This document shows, one piece after another, positions 35,775 through 45,324 of a stretch of DNA of 64,000 bases. The stretch spans positions 49,621 to 113,620 of the forward strand of contig JAUSHI010000007.1 in assembly GCA_030648055.1 (NCBI GenBank). The letters run 5' to 3'. The notes beneath the pieces were generated by a model, which was not told the origin of the DNA, made no database searches, and saw only the letters and a list, made by a program, of their open reading frames with translations. This stretch comes from a bacterium (GTDB lineage: Bacteria > Patescibacteriota > Minisyncoccia > Sungbacterales > SURF-37). Positions within the stretch are counted from its first letter, which is position 1, and each line of letters starts with the position of its first letter. The position numbers and the translations under genes are program-made.

Positions 35775-35870
35775 ATTTCTAAATCCTAATTTCTACTCTC
35801 TAAATAATCTCAAATTTCCAAATTTTGATATTTGGTTTTATTTAGATATTAGGATCAAGAGCTTAGAAAT
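35775..35870. terminator. Long inverted repeat between convergent genes (hairpin I)
   Basis: ATTTCTAAATCCTAAT (35775-35790) pairs with ATTAGGAT-caagagc-TTAGAAAT (35848-35870). Inner stem CCAAAT..ATTTGG. Confidence 0.5.
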
Positions 35871-35875
35871 TAGTT

Positions 35876-36331
35876 TTACGGATACGGTTTAATTACCACC
35901 CTCCTCCGCTCGCCCTCGCCGACAGATTCGGTGGTGATATCGGGATACTCAGCAAGCGCCATATGTATAATTCTCCGCTCAAAGGGCGCCATAGGTTTCA
36001 ACACCATCTCCTTTCTGTAAAGCCGGACTTTTTTAGCCATCTGTTTTACTTCTTCTTTCAAGGTTTCAATTTGATGCAAACGATACCCGTTGATATCCAA
36101 AAAAAACTTCGGGGACTCGCCCATTTCTTTTTCCAGCATCCGCTTTAAAAGATACTCCAAAGCAAAAAGACTCTCCCCGCCAGGGCCAATCAGCAAACGG
36201 GCATCATTGGCAACAATATTTATATAATTAGTTGCTATTTCCAAATTGAGATTAGATTCTACTTCAACTTCAATGCCTGTCCATCCAAGAACCTCCTTTG
36301 TTTTTTTAACTATAACCTCGTTCGCTTCCAT
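35876..36331 (-). CDS. jag: Jag/SpoIIIJ-associated KH-R3H RNA-binding protein
   Basis: KH-like GPGGESLFALEYLLKR and R3H-like ERRIIHMAL. Lies downstream of yidC. Confidence 0.8.
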   Translation of the reverse strand: MEANEVIVKKTKEVLGWTGIEVEVESNLNLEIATNYINIVANDARLLIGPGGESLFALEYLLKRMLEKEMGESPKFFLDINGYRLHQIETLKEEVKQMAKKVRLYRKEMVLKPMAPFERRIIHMALAEYPDITTESVGEGERRRVVIKPYP

Positions 36332-36343
36332 TATATTGAAATA

Positions 36344-37075
36344 TTAACGGCCTTGCTGAAACCTTTTTTTAATTAAAATTTGCTCTACTATAGCAAGTAA
36401 ACTCATGGTTGTCCAGTAAAGCGGCAAGGCCGACGGAAGCGAAAAAGACCACACCGCGATCAAAATAGGGAGAAAATATTTAGTCTGAAACATTAATATT
36501 TTTGAAAGATCCGGCTCTTTACTACTCCCGCTTTGGGGTGTGGGCACGGAAAGTTGCGGAATGAACCGTGCTTGAAAAAATTGTGAAACGCCGGCAAGAA
36601 TCGCCAGTGGAATACTGCTCTTGGCTATATCAATAAAACCAAAAGCGATTAAATTAAGTGCGGCTGGGGCGGCGACAAAATAATAAAGAACTCCAAATTC
36701 ACCGGACTTCAACCCGACCCAAAACACCCTATAAAGAGCAATAAGAATCGGTAGCTGAATAAGAATGGGCAAACAACCCGAAAAGGGATTCATTTTGTGC
36801 TCGGCATAAAGTGCCATTATGCGCTTGGTTTGCTCTTCTTTGTTGCCCTTAAATTCTTCTTGTATTGCTTTTAATTTGGGCTGTATGACTCTAAGTGCGG
36901 CCTGACTTTTAAAAGCTTTAATTGTCGCGGGAAAAAGAACAAGACGCACAAAAAAAGTGAGGATAACTATAGATATCCCAATATCGTGTATGGGCAAAAA
37001 AGAGTAAATTAAAATAAGGCCGTTAAAAAGCGGCCTATACAACACCTCATTATATAAAAAATAGACAATGTTCAT
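36344..37075 (-). CDS. yidC: Membrane protein insertase YidC (short form)
   Basis: 243 aa. Contains MNPFSGCLPILIQLPILIALY, typical of YidC/Oxa1. Confidence 0.85.
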   Translation of the reverse strand: MNIVYFLYNEVLYRPLFNGLILIYSFLPIHDIGISIVILTFFVRLVLFPATIKAFKSQAALRVIQPKLKAIQEEFKGNKEEQTKRIMALYAEHKMNPFSGCLPILIQLPILIALYRVFWVGLKSGEFGVLYYFVAAPAALNLIAFGFIDIAKSSIPLAILAGVSQFFQARFIPQLSVPTPQSGSSKEPDLSKILMFQTKYFLPILIAVWSFSLPSALPLYWTTMSLLAIVEQILIKKRFQQGR

Positions 37076-37213
37076 AATGTTTAGAGATAGAAAGTCAAAA
37101 GTCTGCGTCTATTAACGTTAAAATAATAAATAGTCTTAGTTTTTATAATATAATTTATACTGCTTGCGACACATAACGCTTGGATCTCTAGCAGAACTCA
37201 TTGAATTTTAAAT

Positions 37214-37450
37214 CTAACGAAGCGGATCGTAGCCGCCCCGCGACAGGGGATTGCAGGAAAGAATTCTAAACAATGAAAACACAGAACCTTTACAGGGTCC
37301 ATATTGACGAACGGCCGCCACTGCGTATTCTGAACAGGAGGGATAAAAACGACACCTTCTAAAACTGCCGGGATAAAAATCCGAGTGACCTGGTGAAAAT
37401 GTTTTTTGATAAAAACGTATAAGTAGAATAATGAGTCTGGTCATGACCAT
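37214..37450 (-). CDS. yidD: Membrane protein insertion efficiency factor YidD
   Basis: LIRFYQKTFSP..CRFYPSCSEYA..GGYDP. Confidence 0.85.
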   Translation of the reverse strand: MVMTRLIILLIRFYQKTFSPGHSDFYPGSFRRCRFYPSCSEYAVAAVRQYGPCKGSVFSLFRILSCNPLSRGGYDPLR

Positions 37451-37782
37451 AGTGGGGTTTTTTTAAAAAGTCTTTCGAGAGAAAAATATAATCCGTTGCG
37501 AGTTAATTCCGAAGCTTTTGGCTTGTATATTATAACTACACCAAACCCTTGGAACATCCGCTCCATATTCCGCGAAAACCACCCACTGGTTCTTCGCCTA
37601 AGAACATTCCTTTTAACACTGGATGAAGCAACCTTTTTTGATACCACGACGGCAAAACGACTCTCCGAGCCCTGATGTCGCATAAAGCGAATGGTAGCGA
37701 CATCGTCTGACGCAATGTTGGCCCTCCTTAAAAGGCTTTTTACTTCCTTTGCGGAAAGCCGGTTGGCTGGAGAAAGCGCCAT
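37441..37782 (-). CDS. rnpA: Ribonuclease P protein component
   Basis: RFAVVVSKKVASSSVKRNVLRRR matches the RnpA pattern. Lies downstream of rpmH. Confidence 0.8.
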   Translation of the reverse strand: MALSPANRLSAKEVKSLLRRANIASDDVATIRFMRHQGSESRFAVVVSKKVASSSVKRNVLRRRTSGWFSRNMERMFQGFGVVIIYKPKASELTRNGLYFSLERLFKKTPLWS

Positions 37783-37916
37783 TATGGAGTTAACTTAAAG
37801 CGTCCCTTTTTGCGGCGTCTCGCAAGAACCCGCCGCCCGGGAGCAGTTCGTGTCCTTTTCAAAAAACCGTGAGTTCGGCTTCGTTTCCTCTTTTTTGGCT
37901 GATAAGTAATCGACAT
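37782..37916 (-). CDS. rpmH: 50S ribosomal protein L34
   Basis: Not in the ORF track because it is only 44 aa. [44 protein letters not shown]. Its stop overlaps the rnpA ATG (ATAATG). Confidence 0.85.
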   Translation of the reverse strand: MSITYQPKKRKRSRTHGFLKRTRTAPGRRVLARRRKKGRFKLTP

Positions 37917-37923
37917 AGTTTAA

Positions 37924-37965
37924 CTTCATGTCTGCCCATTATTAAGACTACGGGGAGACATGAAG
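37924..37965 (-). promoter_or_regulatory. Hairpin in the rpmH 5' leader
   Basis: CTTCATGTCT (37924-37933) pairs perfectly with AGACATGAAG (37956-37965). It ends 7 nt from the rpmH ATG. Confidence 0.5.
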
Positions 37966-38321
37966 AGAGTATACTTAATTTTTTGAATTAAATAAACCCC
38001 GTGCCTAATATGAGTATGGGAAAGAAGAAATAACCATTTAAAAAACAAAAGCCGAACAAAAGTATTCGCATTTTTTACTAACAGCATATAAACAGGTTCT
38101 TAAGTTAAATAGCTGTTTTGCTGTTTGTACCCTAACGTCATCTTATTGCTATACTACAAACATACTGTTTGAATTTAAAAATAAAATTGAAGTATAGACT
38201 TTATCCATAACCTTTTGCTACATGTCTAACGGCAGAAATAAGGGGACTGCAAGTAAATTGGTTTCCTTTCGCGAGGTGTGACACGAAACCGACCAAAACC
38301 GTTTAACGTGGGGGTTGCCAA
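37966..38321. other. rpmH-dnaA spacer, candidate oriC/dnaA promoter region
   Basis: Classic rpmH<>dnaA divergent arrangement and AT-rich sequence. Only one near-consensus DnaA box, TTATCCATA at 38201-38209. Confidence 0.35.
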
Positions 38322-39728
38322 ATGTCATACCAAAAAACTATGGAAAACCATGACTTATGGAGGGCGGCACTAGCCGAAATTGAGCTTGCGATTCCTCGCG
38401 CAAGTTTTGTCACGTGGTTTAAGGGGACTTCAATTGCGGAAGTTGCTAATGGATCCATAGTTATATCGGTACCTAACGGTTTTGCCAAAGAATGGCTTCA
38501 AAACAAATACAATAGATACATCGTTAGAGCATTGCGGGGTGTTGGGGGAGAAACTGTAAAAGAAATTTCTTACGTTATCGGCAAGACATCTGAGGAAACA
38601 TCATTAAAATCAAAAGACCGGACTAATCGGGCGGCTCTTGCCGTAAAAAATGAAATATCAGTTACCGCGGAAGAAGTACCGTTAAAAGATTTTCAAATTG
38701 ACCCAGAAACCGGTCTTAATCCGCGTTATACTTTTGACGGTTTTGTGGTCGGCTCTTTTAACGACCTCGCGCACGCCGCGGCACAGGCAATTATTAAAAA
38801 TCTTGGGTCCGCGTATAATCCGCTTTTTATTCATGGGGGGGTTGGCCTTGGAAAAACCCATTTAATACAAGCCATTGGCAATGAAGTATTAAAGCAAAAT
38901 CCGTCTAAAAAAGTAAAATACATGACCTCGGAAAAATATATGGGGGAGCTTGTTGAAGCACTCAACAACCAAACCATGAACCAATTTAAAGACCGCTATC
39001 GCAAATTTGACCTGCTTATAGTTGATGATATCCAGTTTTTGGGACAAACGGAGAAATTGCAAGTTGAATTTTTCCATACATTTAATACTCTATACCAATT
39101 AAACAAACAGCTTGTTATTTCTTCAGATAGGCCGCCTTCTGCTGTGCCGACGCTTGATGCCAGACTAAGATCGCGTTTTGAGGGCGGGATGCTCGCTGAT
39201 GTGGGGGAACCAGATTTTGAAACACGCCTGACGATTTTAAAAGCAAAAATAAGCCAAAAAGGGGTGTCCATACCGGAAGAATCATTAAAATACATAGCGC
39301 TTAACATTAAAAACAACATCAGAGAGCTAGAAGGAGCTCTTAATCGTTTAATTTTAAACTCCAAAATGAATTCGTTGCCGCTTGATCTCGAAGAAACCAA
39401 ACGAATTTTGGCTCAGGTTACTCAAGCGCCTAAAAGGTTTACTTCTCCCAAAAAAATAATCAAAACTGTTGCTGATTTTTATGAAATTCTTGAAAAAGAG
39501 CTTATTACCACAAGCCGCCGTAAAGAAATAGTTAAACCGCGACAAATTGCGATGTATCTTCTTAGGGACGAACTTAAATGCTCCTTTCCTTTTATAGGTG
39601 ATCGCCTTGGTAAAAAAGATCACACCACGGCAATCCATGCTTACAAAAAAATAGACGAAGAACTCAAAAAAAACACCGACCTTCAAAACGAATTAAAAAT
39701 TATAAAAGAAAAAATATATTCCGCATAA
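38322..39728 (+). CDS. dnaA: Chromosomal replication initiator protein DnaA
   Basis: Walker A GGVGLGKTHL and LIVDDIQF. C-terminal DNA-binding helix region ..DHTTAIHAYKKI. Confidence 0.95.
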   Translation: MSYQKTMENHDLWRAALAEIELAIPRASFVTWFKGTSIAEVANGSIVISVPNGFAKEWLQNKYNRYIVRALRGVGGETVKEISYVIGKTSEETSLKSKDRTNRAALAVKNEISVTAEEVPLKDFQIDPETGLNPRYTFDGFVVGSFNDLAHAAAQAIIKNLGSAYNPLFIHGGVGLGKTHLIQAIGNEVLKQNPSKKVKYMTSEKYMGELVEALNNQTMNQFKDRYRKFDLLIVDDIQFLGQTEKLQVEFFHTFNTLYQLNKQLVISSDRPPSAVPTLDARLRSRFEGGMLADVGEPDFETRLTILKAKISQKGVSIPEESLKYIALNIKNNIRELEGALNRLILNSKMNSLPLDLEETKRILAQVTQAPKRFTSPKKIIKTVADFYEILEKELITTSRRKEIVKPRQIAMYLLRDELKCSFPFIGDRLGKKDHTTAIHAYKKIDEELKKNTDLQNELKIIKEKIYSA

Positions 39729-39986
39729 ATAAACCGGTGCATTGGTTGTGCGTTTTATGTGCAGATCAATACCGGCGCGCGCTTAATTAAATGGGTACTG
39801 TTGCTTAACAAAAAAGCTGTGGTTTCCCAGCTCAGGATTTAATTCTAGGGTAATAATATAGTTTTCCCCTTTCTGCTAAACTATTTATTGATAGTTAACA
39901 GAACAAAAACCGCGATTTATTAAGTTCTCCCCTGTTTATTCGTCTATAATAAAAACAATAAGTTATATATAAATAGTATTATTGTT
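39729..39986. other. dnaA-dnaN spacer with an AT-rich tract (alternative oriC/DUE candidate)
   Basis: Ends in ATAATAAAAACAATAAGTTATATATAAATAGTATTATTGTT. Only degenerate DnaA-box-like words are present (TTATGTGCA, TGTGGTTTC). Confidence 0.3.
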
Positions 39987-41084
39987 ATGAAATTAGTTTG
40001 TACAAGAAACAACATACGTGACGCCTTTCAGCTTGCCGAACGCTTTGTTGGAAAGAATCTTACTCTTCCTATTCTTGGAAATATTTTATTGGAGGCTATC
40101 GGAAAAAGTGTCCGCTGTGTGGCAACAAATCTTGAAATTGGCGTTGAGGTTTCAGTACCATGTAAAATAATCAAAGAGGGCTCTGTAACGATGCCCGGGA
40201 AGCTTATAAATTCTCTCCTTTCATCCATTGACGACGAAATAATAACTTTTGAAGAAAAAGATTGCGCACTGACCGTAAAAACCGATTCCTCCCATTTTTT
40301 AATACAAGGAATTTCTTCCAAGGATTTTCCCATACTGCCTAAGTTTAAAAAAGGGAAAGAATTTTCTATTTCGTCGAAAGAGCTTAAAACAAGCCTTACT
40401 CAGGTGGCACCATCCGTGGCTTCGTCGGATTTTCGTCCAGAACTATCCGGAATTTTTTTTAAGAAAGAGCTAAAATCGCTTATTCTTGCCGCGACCGATT
40501 CTTTCCGGCTTGCTGAAAAAACAATAAATCTAAATTCGTCTCAAGGAGAGTCTTTTTCGTTTATTCTCCCCGCAAGAACGGCGCAAGAACTTTTGCGAAT
40601 TCTTTCCGATTCAGACGATGACGTTTTAGTGCGCGAAAGCGAGAATCAGGTTTTTTTTGAATTAAACGATACGCATATAGTTTCGCGTGTCGTTGACGGA
40701 AACTATCCGGATTATACGGCTATTATCCCGAAAGGATTTGACGCGCATGTTTCTGTTGCCCGCGACGAACTTGTAAAAAAAATAAAAGCGGCCAGCGTTC
40801 TGGCTTCAAAATTAAACGATGTGTCGCTTAGCTTTTCTTCCGGGGAATCATCGGTTGAAGCCATAAATTCAGAAGTTGGCAAGAGCAAAATTATTTTTTC
40901 CTCCAAAATAAAAGGAAAGGACTCGCGTGTTTCGTTTAATTTTCGTTATCTTTTGGACGGCCTTGAATCGCTATACGGAGAAGAACTTCTAATATCTTTA
41001 AACGGCGATTCTGCTCCGGCACTTATAACTGACCCTCAAAATTCTTCATTCCGATATGTAGTAATGCCAATTAGAAACGTGTAA
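39987..41084 (+). CDS. dnaN: DNA polymerase III beta sliding clamp
   Basis: 365 aa located after dnaA. N-terminal MKLVCTRNNIRDAFQLAERFVGKN and three-domain length are typical. Confidence 0.9.
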   Translation: MKLVCTRNNIRDAFQLAERFVGKNLTLPILGNILLEAIGKSVRCVATNLEIGVEVSVPCKIIKEGSVTMPGKLINSLLSSIDDEIITFEEKDCALTVKTDSSHFLIQGISSKDFPILPKFKKGKEFSISSKELKTSLTQVAPSVASSDFRPELSGIFFKKELKSLILAATDSFRLAEKTINLNSSQGESFSFILPARTAQELLRILSDSDDDVLVRESENQVFFELNDTHIVSRVVDGNYPDYTAIIPKGFDAHVSVARDELVKKIKAASVLASKLNDVSLSFSSGESSVEAINSEVGKSKIIFSSKIKGKDSRVSFNFRYLLDGLESLYGEELLISLNGDSAPALITDPQNSSFRYVVMPIRNV

Positions 41085-41097
41085 TACAGAAAGTTTT

Positions 41098-41127
41098 AAA
41101 AAAACATCCGCCGATGATGTTTTTTTT
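41098..41127. terminator. Bidirectional terminator between dnaN and the PBP gene
   Basis: AAAAAAACATC/GATGTTTTTTT stem with A and T runs on both sides. Confidence 0.65.
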
Positions 41128-41130
41128 ATT

Positions 41131-43650
41131 TTATTGCCCAAACGGAAGAGAGATCTCGCTTGAATTTCCGACAGAATCATATGCTTTAAAAATTACCGGT
41201 GAAGGCGGGTTGCCCAACAAAGCTTTCTTAATTTCGAGAACTATTTTTCCGTCAGCCGTGTTTTGGCCACTGGCAATAAGAGAGTCAAGGACGGTCGCGT
41301 TAACTTCTTTTATGGGATAGCGCGAAGTTATCGCGATAACAAACTTATAATTTTCTCCCGAATCTTCCAGCTTTTCAATTGTAATTTTAGGTTTTGCGTC
41401 GGCGGTATGAACGTCATCGTAACTTGTGGGCATGTTGGTTAGGGGCTGAACTACAAAGTCCGATGTTTTGAGCCATATAGAAAAAGCCGCGGCCCAATTT
41501 TTATATTGGGGGTCACGGTAAGGATCCGCGGGCGGCTCTCCGGCCGGGTTAAATTTTGAAATCCAAAACAGAGGATCGTGTGGTTCGCCGAAAGCGATTT
41601 CCTCAATATTTTCTTCCGGAGTCAGGTCGGTAGCTATTTTTTTTGAAATTTTATCTACGCGTATTATTGTCTCGCCCTGCCACAGGCCGTTTAAAATCGG
41701 TTTGGAAGATTTTTTATTTTCAGATTTTGTAAAAAATTCAGGCAGAGTATCTTTTGTCGCGAACCTAATAAATTTATTCCAAATCGGGGCTGCGGCGAGG
41801 ACCCCGGAACCTTTTTGCTGCATCGGGGTGTTGTCATTGTTGCCCGCCCACACCCCCACGACAAGCGATGGAGTGTAACCGATGGTCCACGCGTCGCGAT
41901 ATTCCTGGGTGGTTCCAGTTTTTGCGGCAGCCGGCCTGTCTGGAAGCCAAAGCGAGCCGTGCGGCTGGAAAACAGGAACCCGCGCGTTGTCGTCAGAAAG
42001 GACATCATTGATTGTTTGAGCGACCTCGGTATCAATTACTTGTTGTGGCTGGTCTTGTTTTTCTTCTATCATTTTTTCTCCGGCCGTTATTTTAAGTATC
42101 GGGTTGGCTTTGTGTAAAATTCCATTGGCGGCAAAAACGCCGTAAGCCGACGTCATATCAAGTAATTTTACTTCTGCGCCTCCAAGGACAAGTGACAGCC
42201 CGTAACGGTCAGGATCGTTAAGGGTTGTGATTCCCATATCTTGGGCGGTTTTTATTGAATCCTGCACGCCGGCCAGGTAAAGCGTTTTTACTGACGGCAC
42301 GTTTCTTGATTGCGCGATTGATTTCCGGAGGGTTACCGGTCCTATGAATTTTTCATCGTAATTTCCCGGGTTGTAGCAATCTTCTTCTTTGACGGTTGAA
42401 GACTCCGGCTGGCCGCCGGGCGAGCAGAGCGGATTAAATTCCGTCGGAACGTCAAAAAGAACAGTATCTGGAGTAAGTCCTTTCTTAAAGGCTGTCGCGT
42501 AAACAAACGGCTTAAAGGCCGACCCCGGCTGTCTTAACTGCAACGCAATGTTCACCTGGGGATCAAAAGAGCAATTTATCCCCGGCGAACATCCCTCCGG
42601 TTCAGATTTTTTGAAATAATCTTTTGAGCCGACCATGGCGAGAATATCTCCGTTTTTCGGATCAATCGCAACAAGGGCAGCGTTATAGGACTTGATGGCA
42701 TTTTTATTGAACTCCGCTCCTTCGTTTACTATTTTTTCAGCTTCTTCCTGAAGCCGCGCGTCAAGCGTGGTTATAACGCTTAACCCGCCCTCTTCAATCG
42801 TTTGCTCGCCATATTTTTTGCTTAATAGTTCGCGAATATACATGACAAAATGGGGTGCGCGTATGCTCGACCGGCTTTGCGGCAGGAATTCCAACTTTTC
42901 TTTTTTGGCGAGCGCGGCCTCATTTTTTGAAATGTAACCGGTATCAGCCATGCGGTCTAAAGCAAGATTTTTGCGGTCCAGAAGTTCGTTTAAGTGGTTG
43001 CCATACGGAGAGTAGTAGCTGGGGGCTCTGGGTAGCGAGGCGAGGAGTGCGGATTCGGCCAAAGAAATATGGGCGGTAGATGTCCCAAAATATGTCTGGG
43101 CCGCGGCCTCAATGCCGTAAGCATTCGACCCATAAGGGATTTGGTTGAGATACATGTTCAGTATTTCGTTTTTTGAATATCGAGATTCAAGAAGCATTGC
43201 CAGAAGAGCCTCTTTTGTTTTGCGGCTGAAGGTACGTTCACGGCCCAACAGCGAGTTTTTAACGAGCTGTTGGGTTATTGTGGAACCCCCCTGGGAAAGA
43301 TTTTGTGAAGTTAGGTCGGCAAAAAAAGCCCGCGCTATTCCCCTGAAATCAATGCCGCCGTGCGAATAGAATCTTGCGTCCTCCAGAACGATGGTAGCGT
43401 TTTTGGCCTCCGGAGGAATAGAGTCAAACGGAATAACGGTTCTTTTTTCTTCGCCGTGGATTTCATAAAGAAGGGTTGTGCCGGCGCGGTCATATATTTT
43501 CGTGGATTCAATGATTTTTCTTTCTTTCAATTTTGACGGATCTGGCATGTCCTTGATGAGTGCCGCAAAAAGAAAACCGCCGGCGGTTAATCCGAGGAGA
43601 AGAATTGCCAGAAGTATTAACAAGCGTTTTTGTGTTTTTGTTCGGCGCAT
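41131..43650 (-). CDS. Class A penicillin-binding protein (transglycosylase/transpeptidase) with a C-terminal extension
   Basis: GT51 motifs EDARFYSHGGID, GGSTITQQL and RKTKE. Transpeptidase motifs SAFKP, SRN and KTGTT. Confidence 0.9.
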   Translation of the reverse strand: MRRTKTQKRLLILLAILLLGLTAGGFLFAALIKDMPDPSKLKERKIIESTKIYDRAGTTLLYEIHGEEKRTVIPFDSIPPEAKNATIVLEDARFYSHGGIDFRGIARAFFADLTSQNLSQGGSTITQQLVKNSLLGRERTFSRKTKEALLAMLLESRYSKNEILNMYLNQIPYGSNAYGIEAAAQTYFGTSTAHISLAESALLASLPRAPSYYSPYGNHLNELLDRKNLALDRMADTGYISKNEAALAKKEKLEFLPQSRSSIRAPHFVMYIRELLSKKYGEQTIEEGGLSVITTLDARLQEEAEKIVNEGAEFNKNAIKSYNAALVAIDPKNGDILAMVGSKDYFKKSEPEGCSPGINCSFDPQVNIALQLRQPGSAFKPFVYATAFKKGLTPDTVLFDVPTEFNPLCSPGGQPESSTVKEEDCYNPGNYDEKFIGPVTLRKSIAQSRNVPSVKTLYLAGVQDSIKTAQDMGITTLNDPDRYGLSLVLGGAEVKLLDMTSAYGVFAANGILHKANPILKITAGEKMIEEKQDQPQQVIDTEVAQTINDVLSDDNARVPVFQPHGSLWLPDRPAAAKTGTTQEYRDAWTIGYTPSLVVGVWAGNNDNTPMQQKGSGVLAAAPIWNKFIRFATKDTLPEFFTKSENKKSSKPILNGLWQGETIIRVDKISKKIATDLTPEENIEEIAFGEPHDPLFWISKFNPAGEPPADPYRDPQYKNWAAAFSIWLKTSDFVVQPLTNMPTSYDDVHTADAKPKITIEKLEDSGENYKFVIAITSRYPIKEVNATVLDSLIASGQNTADGKIVLEIKKALLGNPPSPVIFKAYDSVGNSSEISLPFGQ

Positions 43651-43753
43651 ATCCGGGTTGCCTAAGAATAAATAATAGCATTATCGGTGTTTTTTTCAAG
43701 CGCACAGGACTTAAAAAATTTTTAAGGCCAAATAGGCGCGGTTTAATAATGAA

Positions 43754-43782
43754 TTTACAAAACCGGGCCAGCGCCTTACAAT
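43754..43782 (+). promoter_or_regulatory. Promoter predicting a leaderless tyrS mRNA
   Basis: TTTACA, 17-nt spacer, TACAAT. The -10 element ends 8 nt before the ATG and no SD is present. Confidence 0.55.
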
Positions 43783-43790
43783 AAGTAGTA

Positions 43791-45041
43791 ATGAAACCAC
43801 TGCATAAATCAACCGACCAAAACTTAAAAAATTCAAAAATAATTACCGATAAAAAACGCATTGACGAGATTTTTAATCGTGGCATTGTGGCCGAAGTTCT
43901 GCCGTCTAAGGAAGGGCTTTTAAAAATATTAATGAGCGGCCGGAGATTAAAAATTTATATCGGCGCAGACCCAACCTCAGATGCCCTGCACCTGAGTCAC
44001 GCTAAAAATTATATGTTTCTTGAGGAACTGCGCCAGCTTGGGCACGAAGTTATTGTGTTGGTGGGGGACTTTACCGCGAAAATCGGGGATCCGACCGGTA
44101 AAAGCGAAACCAGAATGCAACTAACTGAAGAACGCGTAAAAGAAAATGTTAAAAGTTGGCTTACCCAGATTAAACCGCTGATGGATTTTGAAGATAAAAA
44201 AAATCCACCGAAGGTTACTTATAACAGCAAGTGGCTAGCGAGGTTGTCGCTTAATAATGTTGTTTCGCTCTCGGCGCAGTTTACCGTACAGCAGATGCTT
44301 GAGCGGGACATGTTTCAGCGGCGGGTGGAGGGAGGAAAGCCGATCTATTTGCATGAATTTTTATATCCCATCATGCAAGGGTACGACAGTGTCGCGCTTG
44401 ATGTTGACGTTGAGCTTTGCGGGACGGATCAGATATTTAATGCTTTAGCCGGACGAACACTGCTAAAGCGGCTCAAAAACAAAGACAAGTTTGTTTTAGC
44501 ACTTAACCTAATGGAAAATCCAAAGACGGGTGAATTAATGTCAAAGAGCAAAGGAGCGGGAGTGTTTCTTTCTTCTTTGCCTGAAGAAATGTACGGAAGC
44601 ATTATGGCTCAATCAGATGAAATGACCGAAGTATTATTTATTAATTGCACCCGGGTTCCTATTTTAGAAATAAAAGAAATCACGGCTCTTGGTCCGCGGA
44701 AAGCCAAAGCGCGGGTTGCGCTTGAAATTGTAAAGAAATTTTACGGAGAAGCGCGTGCCAAGAGGGCAGAGGAGGTTTTTGTTGCCCGTTTTGCCAGGAA
44801 GGGTAGCGCCGCGGAGGCCTATGAAGAAAAAACTTTTGCGCGCGGAGCGTATTCGCTGGTGAATTTTGTCGTTGGGCTTGGCGGAGCTTCATCCAAATCA
44901 GAAGCAAGGCGGTTGGTTCTTGGAAAAGCGGTTGAGCTGGAGCATAAGATAATAACTGATCCAAATTTTTCAGTTGAATTCCAAAAAGAAAGCATTATTC
45001 GCATTGGAAAAAAGAAGTTTTTTAGAATAGTTCCCAAATAA
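43791..45041 (+). CDS. tyrS: Tyrosine--tRNA ligase
   Basis: HIGH-region-like DALHLSHA, KMSKS-like LMSKSKG, and a C-terminal S4-like domain. Confidence 0.85.
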   Translation: MKPLHKSTDQNLKNSKIITDKKRIDEIFNRGIVAEVLPSKEGLLKILMSGRRLKIYIGADPTSDALHLSHAKNYMFLEELRQLGHEVIVLVGDFTAKIGDPTGKSETRMQLTEERVKENVKSWLTQIKPLMDFEDKKNPPKVTYNSKWLARLSLNNVVSLSAQFTVQQMLERDMFQRRVEGGKPIYLHEFLYPIMQGYDSVALDVDVELCGTDQIFNALAGRTLLKRLKNKDKFVLALNLMENPKTGELMSKSKGAGVFLSSLPEEMYGSIMAQSDEMTEVLFINCTRVPILEIKEITALGPRKAKARVALEIVKKFYGEARAKRAEEVFVARFARKGSAAEAYEEKTFARGAYSLVNFVVGLGGASSKSEARRLVLGKAVELEHKIITDPNFSVEFQKESIIRIGKKKFFRIVPK

Positions 45042-45050
45042 GCAAAAAAT

Positions 45051-45080
45051 AAAACTTCCGCGGCATGCCGCGGAAGTTTT
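45051..45080. terminator. Bidirectional terminator
   Basis: Perfect 30-nt palindrome AAAACTTCCGCGGCA|TGCCGCGGAAGTTTT. Confidence 0.8.
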
Positions 45081-45084
45081 GGAA

Positions 45085-45264
45085 TTAATATTCGCCGCCT
45101 TTGTCTGTGCCGCCCTCCTCCACTCCTCCGAGATCTTCCTCTCCTTCTTCGTCGTCTTCGTCTTCATAGTCTTCGTCTTCGTGAGGCTCTTCTTCCTCTT
45201 CTTCCTGGTTTATAACCCAAAGACCATGGAGCGTTTTTGGTGTAAGTGCATCAATCATGCTCAT
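45085..45264 (-). CDS. Small, highly acidic protein (59 aa)
   Basis: Below the track size cutoff. MSMIDALTPKTLHGLWVINQEEEEEEPHEDEDYEDEDDEEGEEDLGGVEEGGTDKGGEY. Lies between ruvC and the terminator. Shares a 22-nt identity with the VirB6-like tail. Confidence 0.35.
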   Translation of the reverse strand: MSMIDALTPKTLHGLWVINQEEEEEEPHEDEDYEDEDDEEGEEDLGGVEEGGTDKGGEY

Positions 45265-45324
45265 GATTTGATATATTGGTTGATTTTGATTTGAAATTAA
45301 AAATACTCGACCTTTTAATTTTTG

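Noticed and set aside
45079-45294. A 71-aa plus-strand ORF (MELIFAAFVCAALL...).
   Set aside because: It begins with TTG inside the tyrS terminator palindrome and is the antisense of the acidic minus-strand ORF. The minus frame is favoured (only weakly) by operon position and by the shared in-frame DYEDEDDE module.
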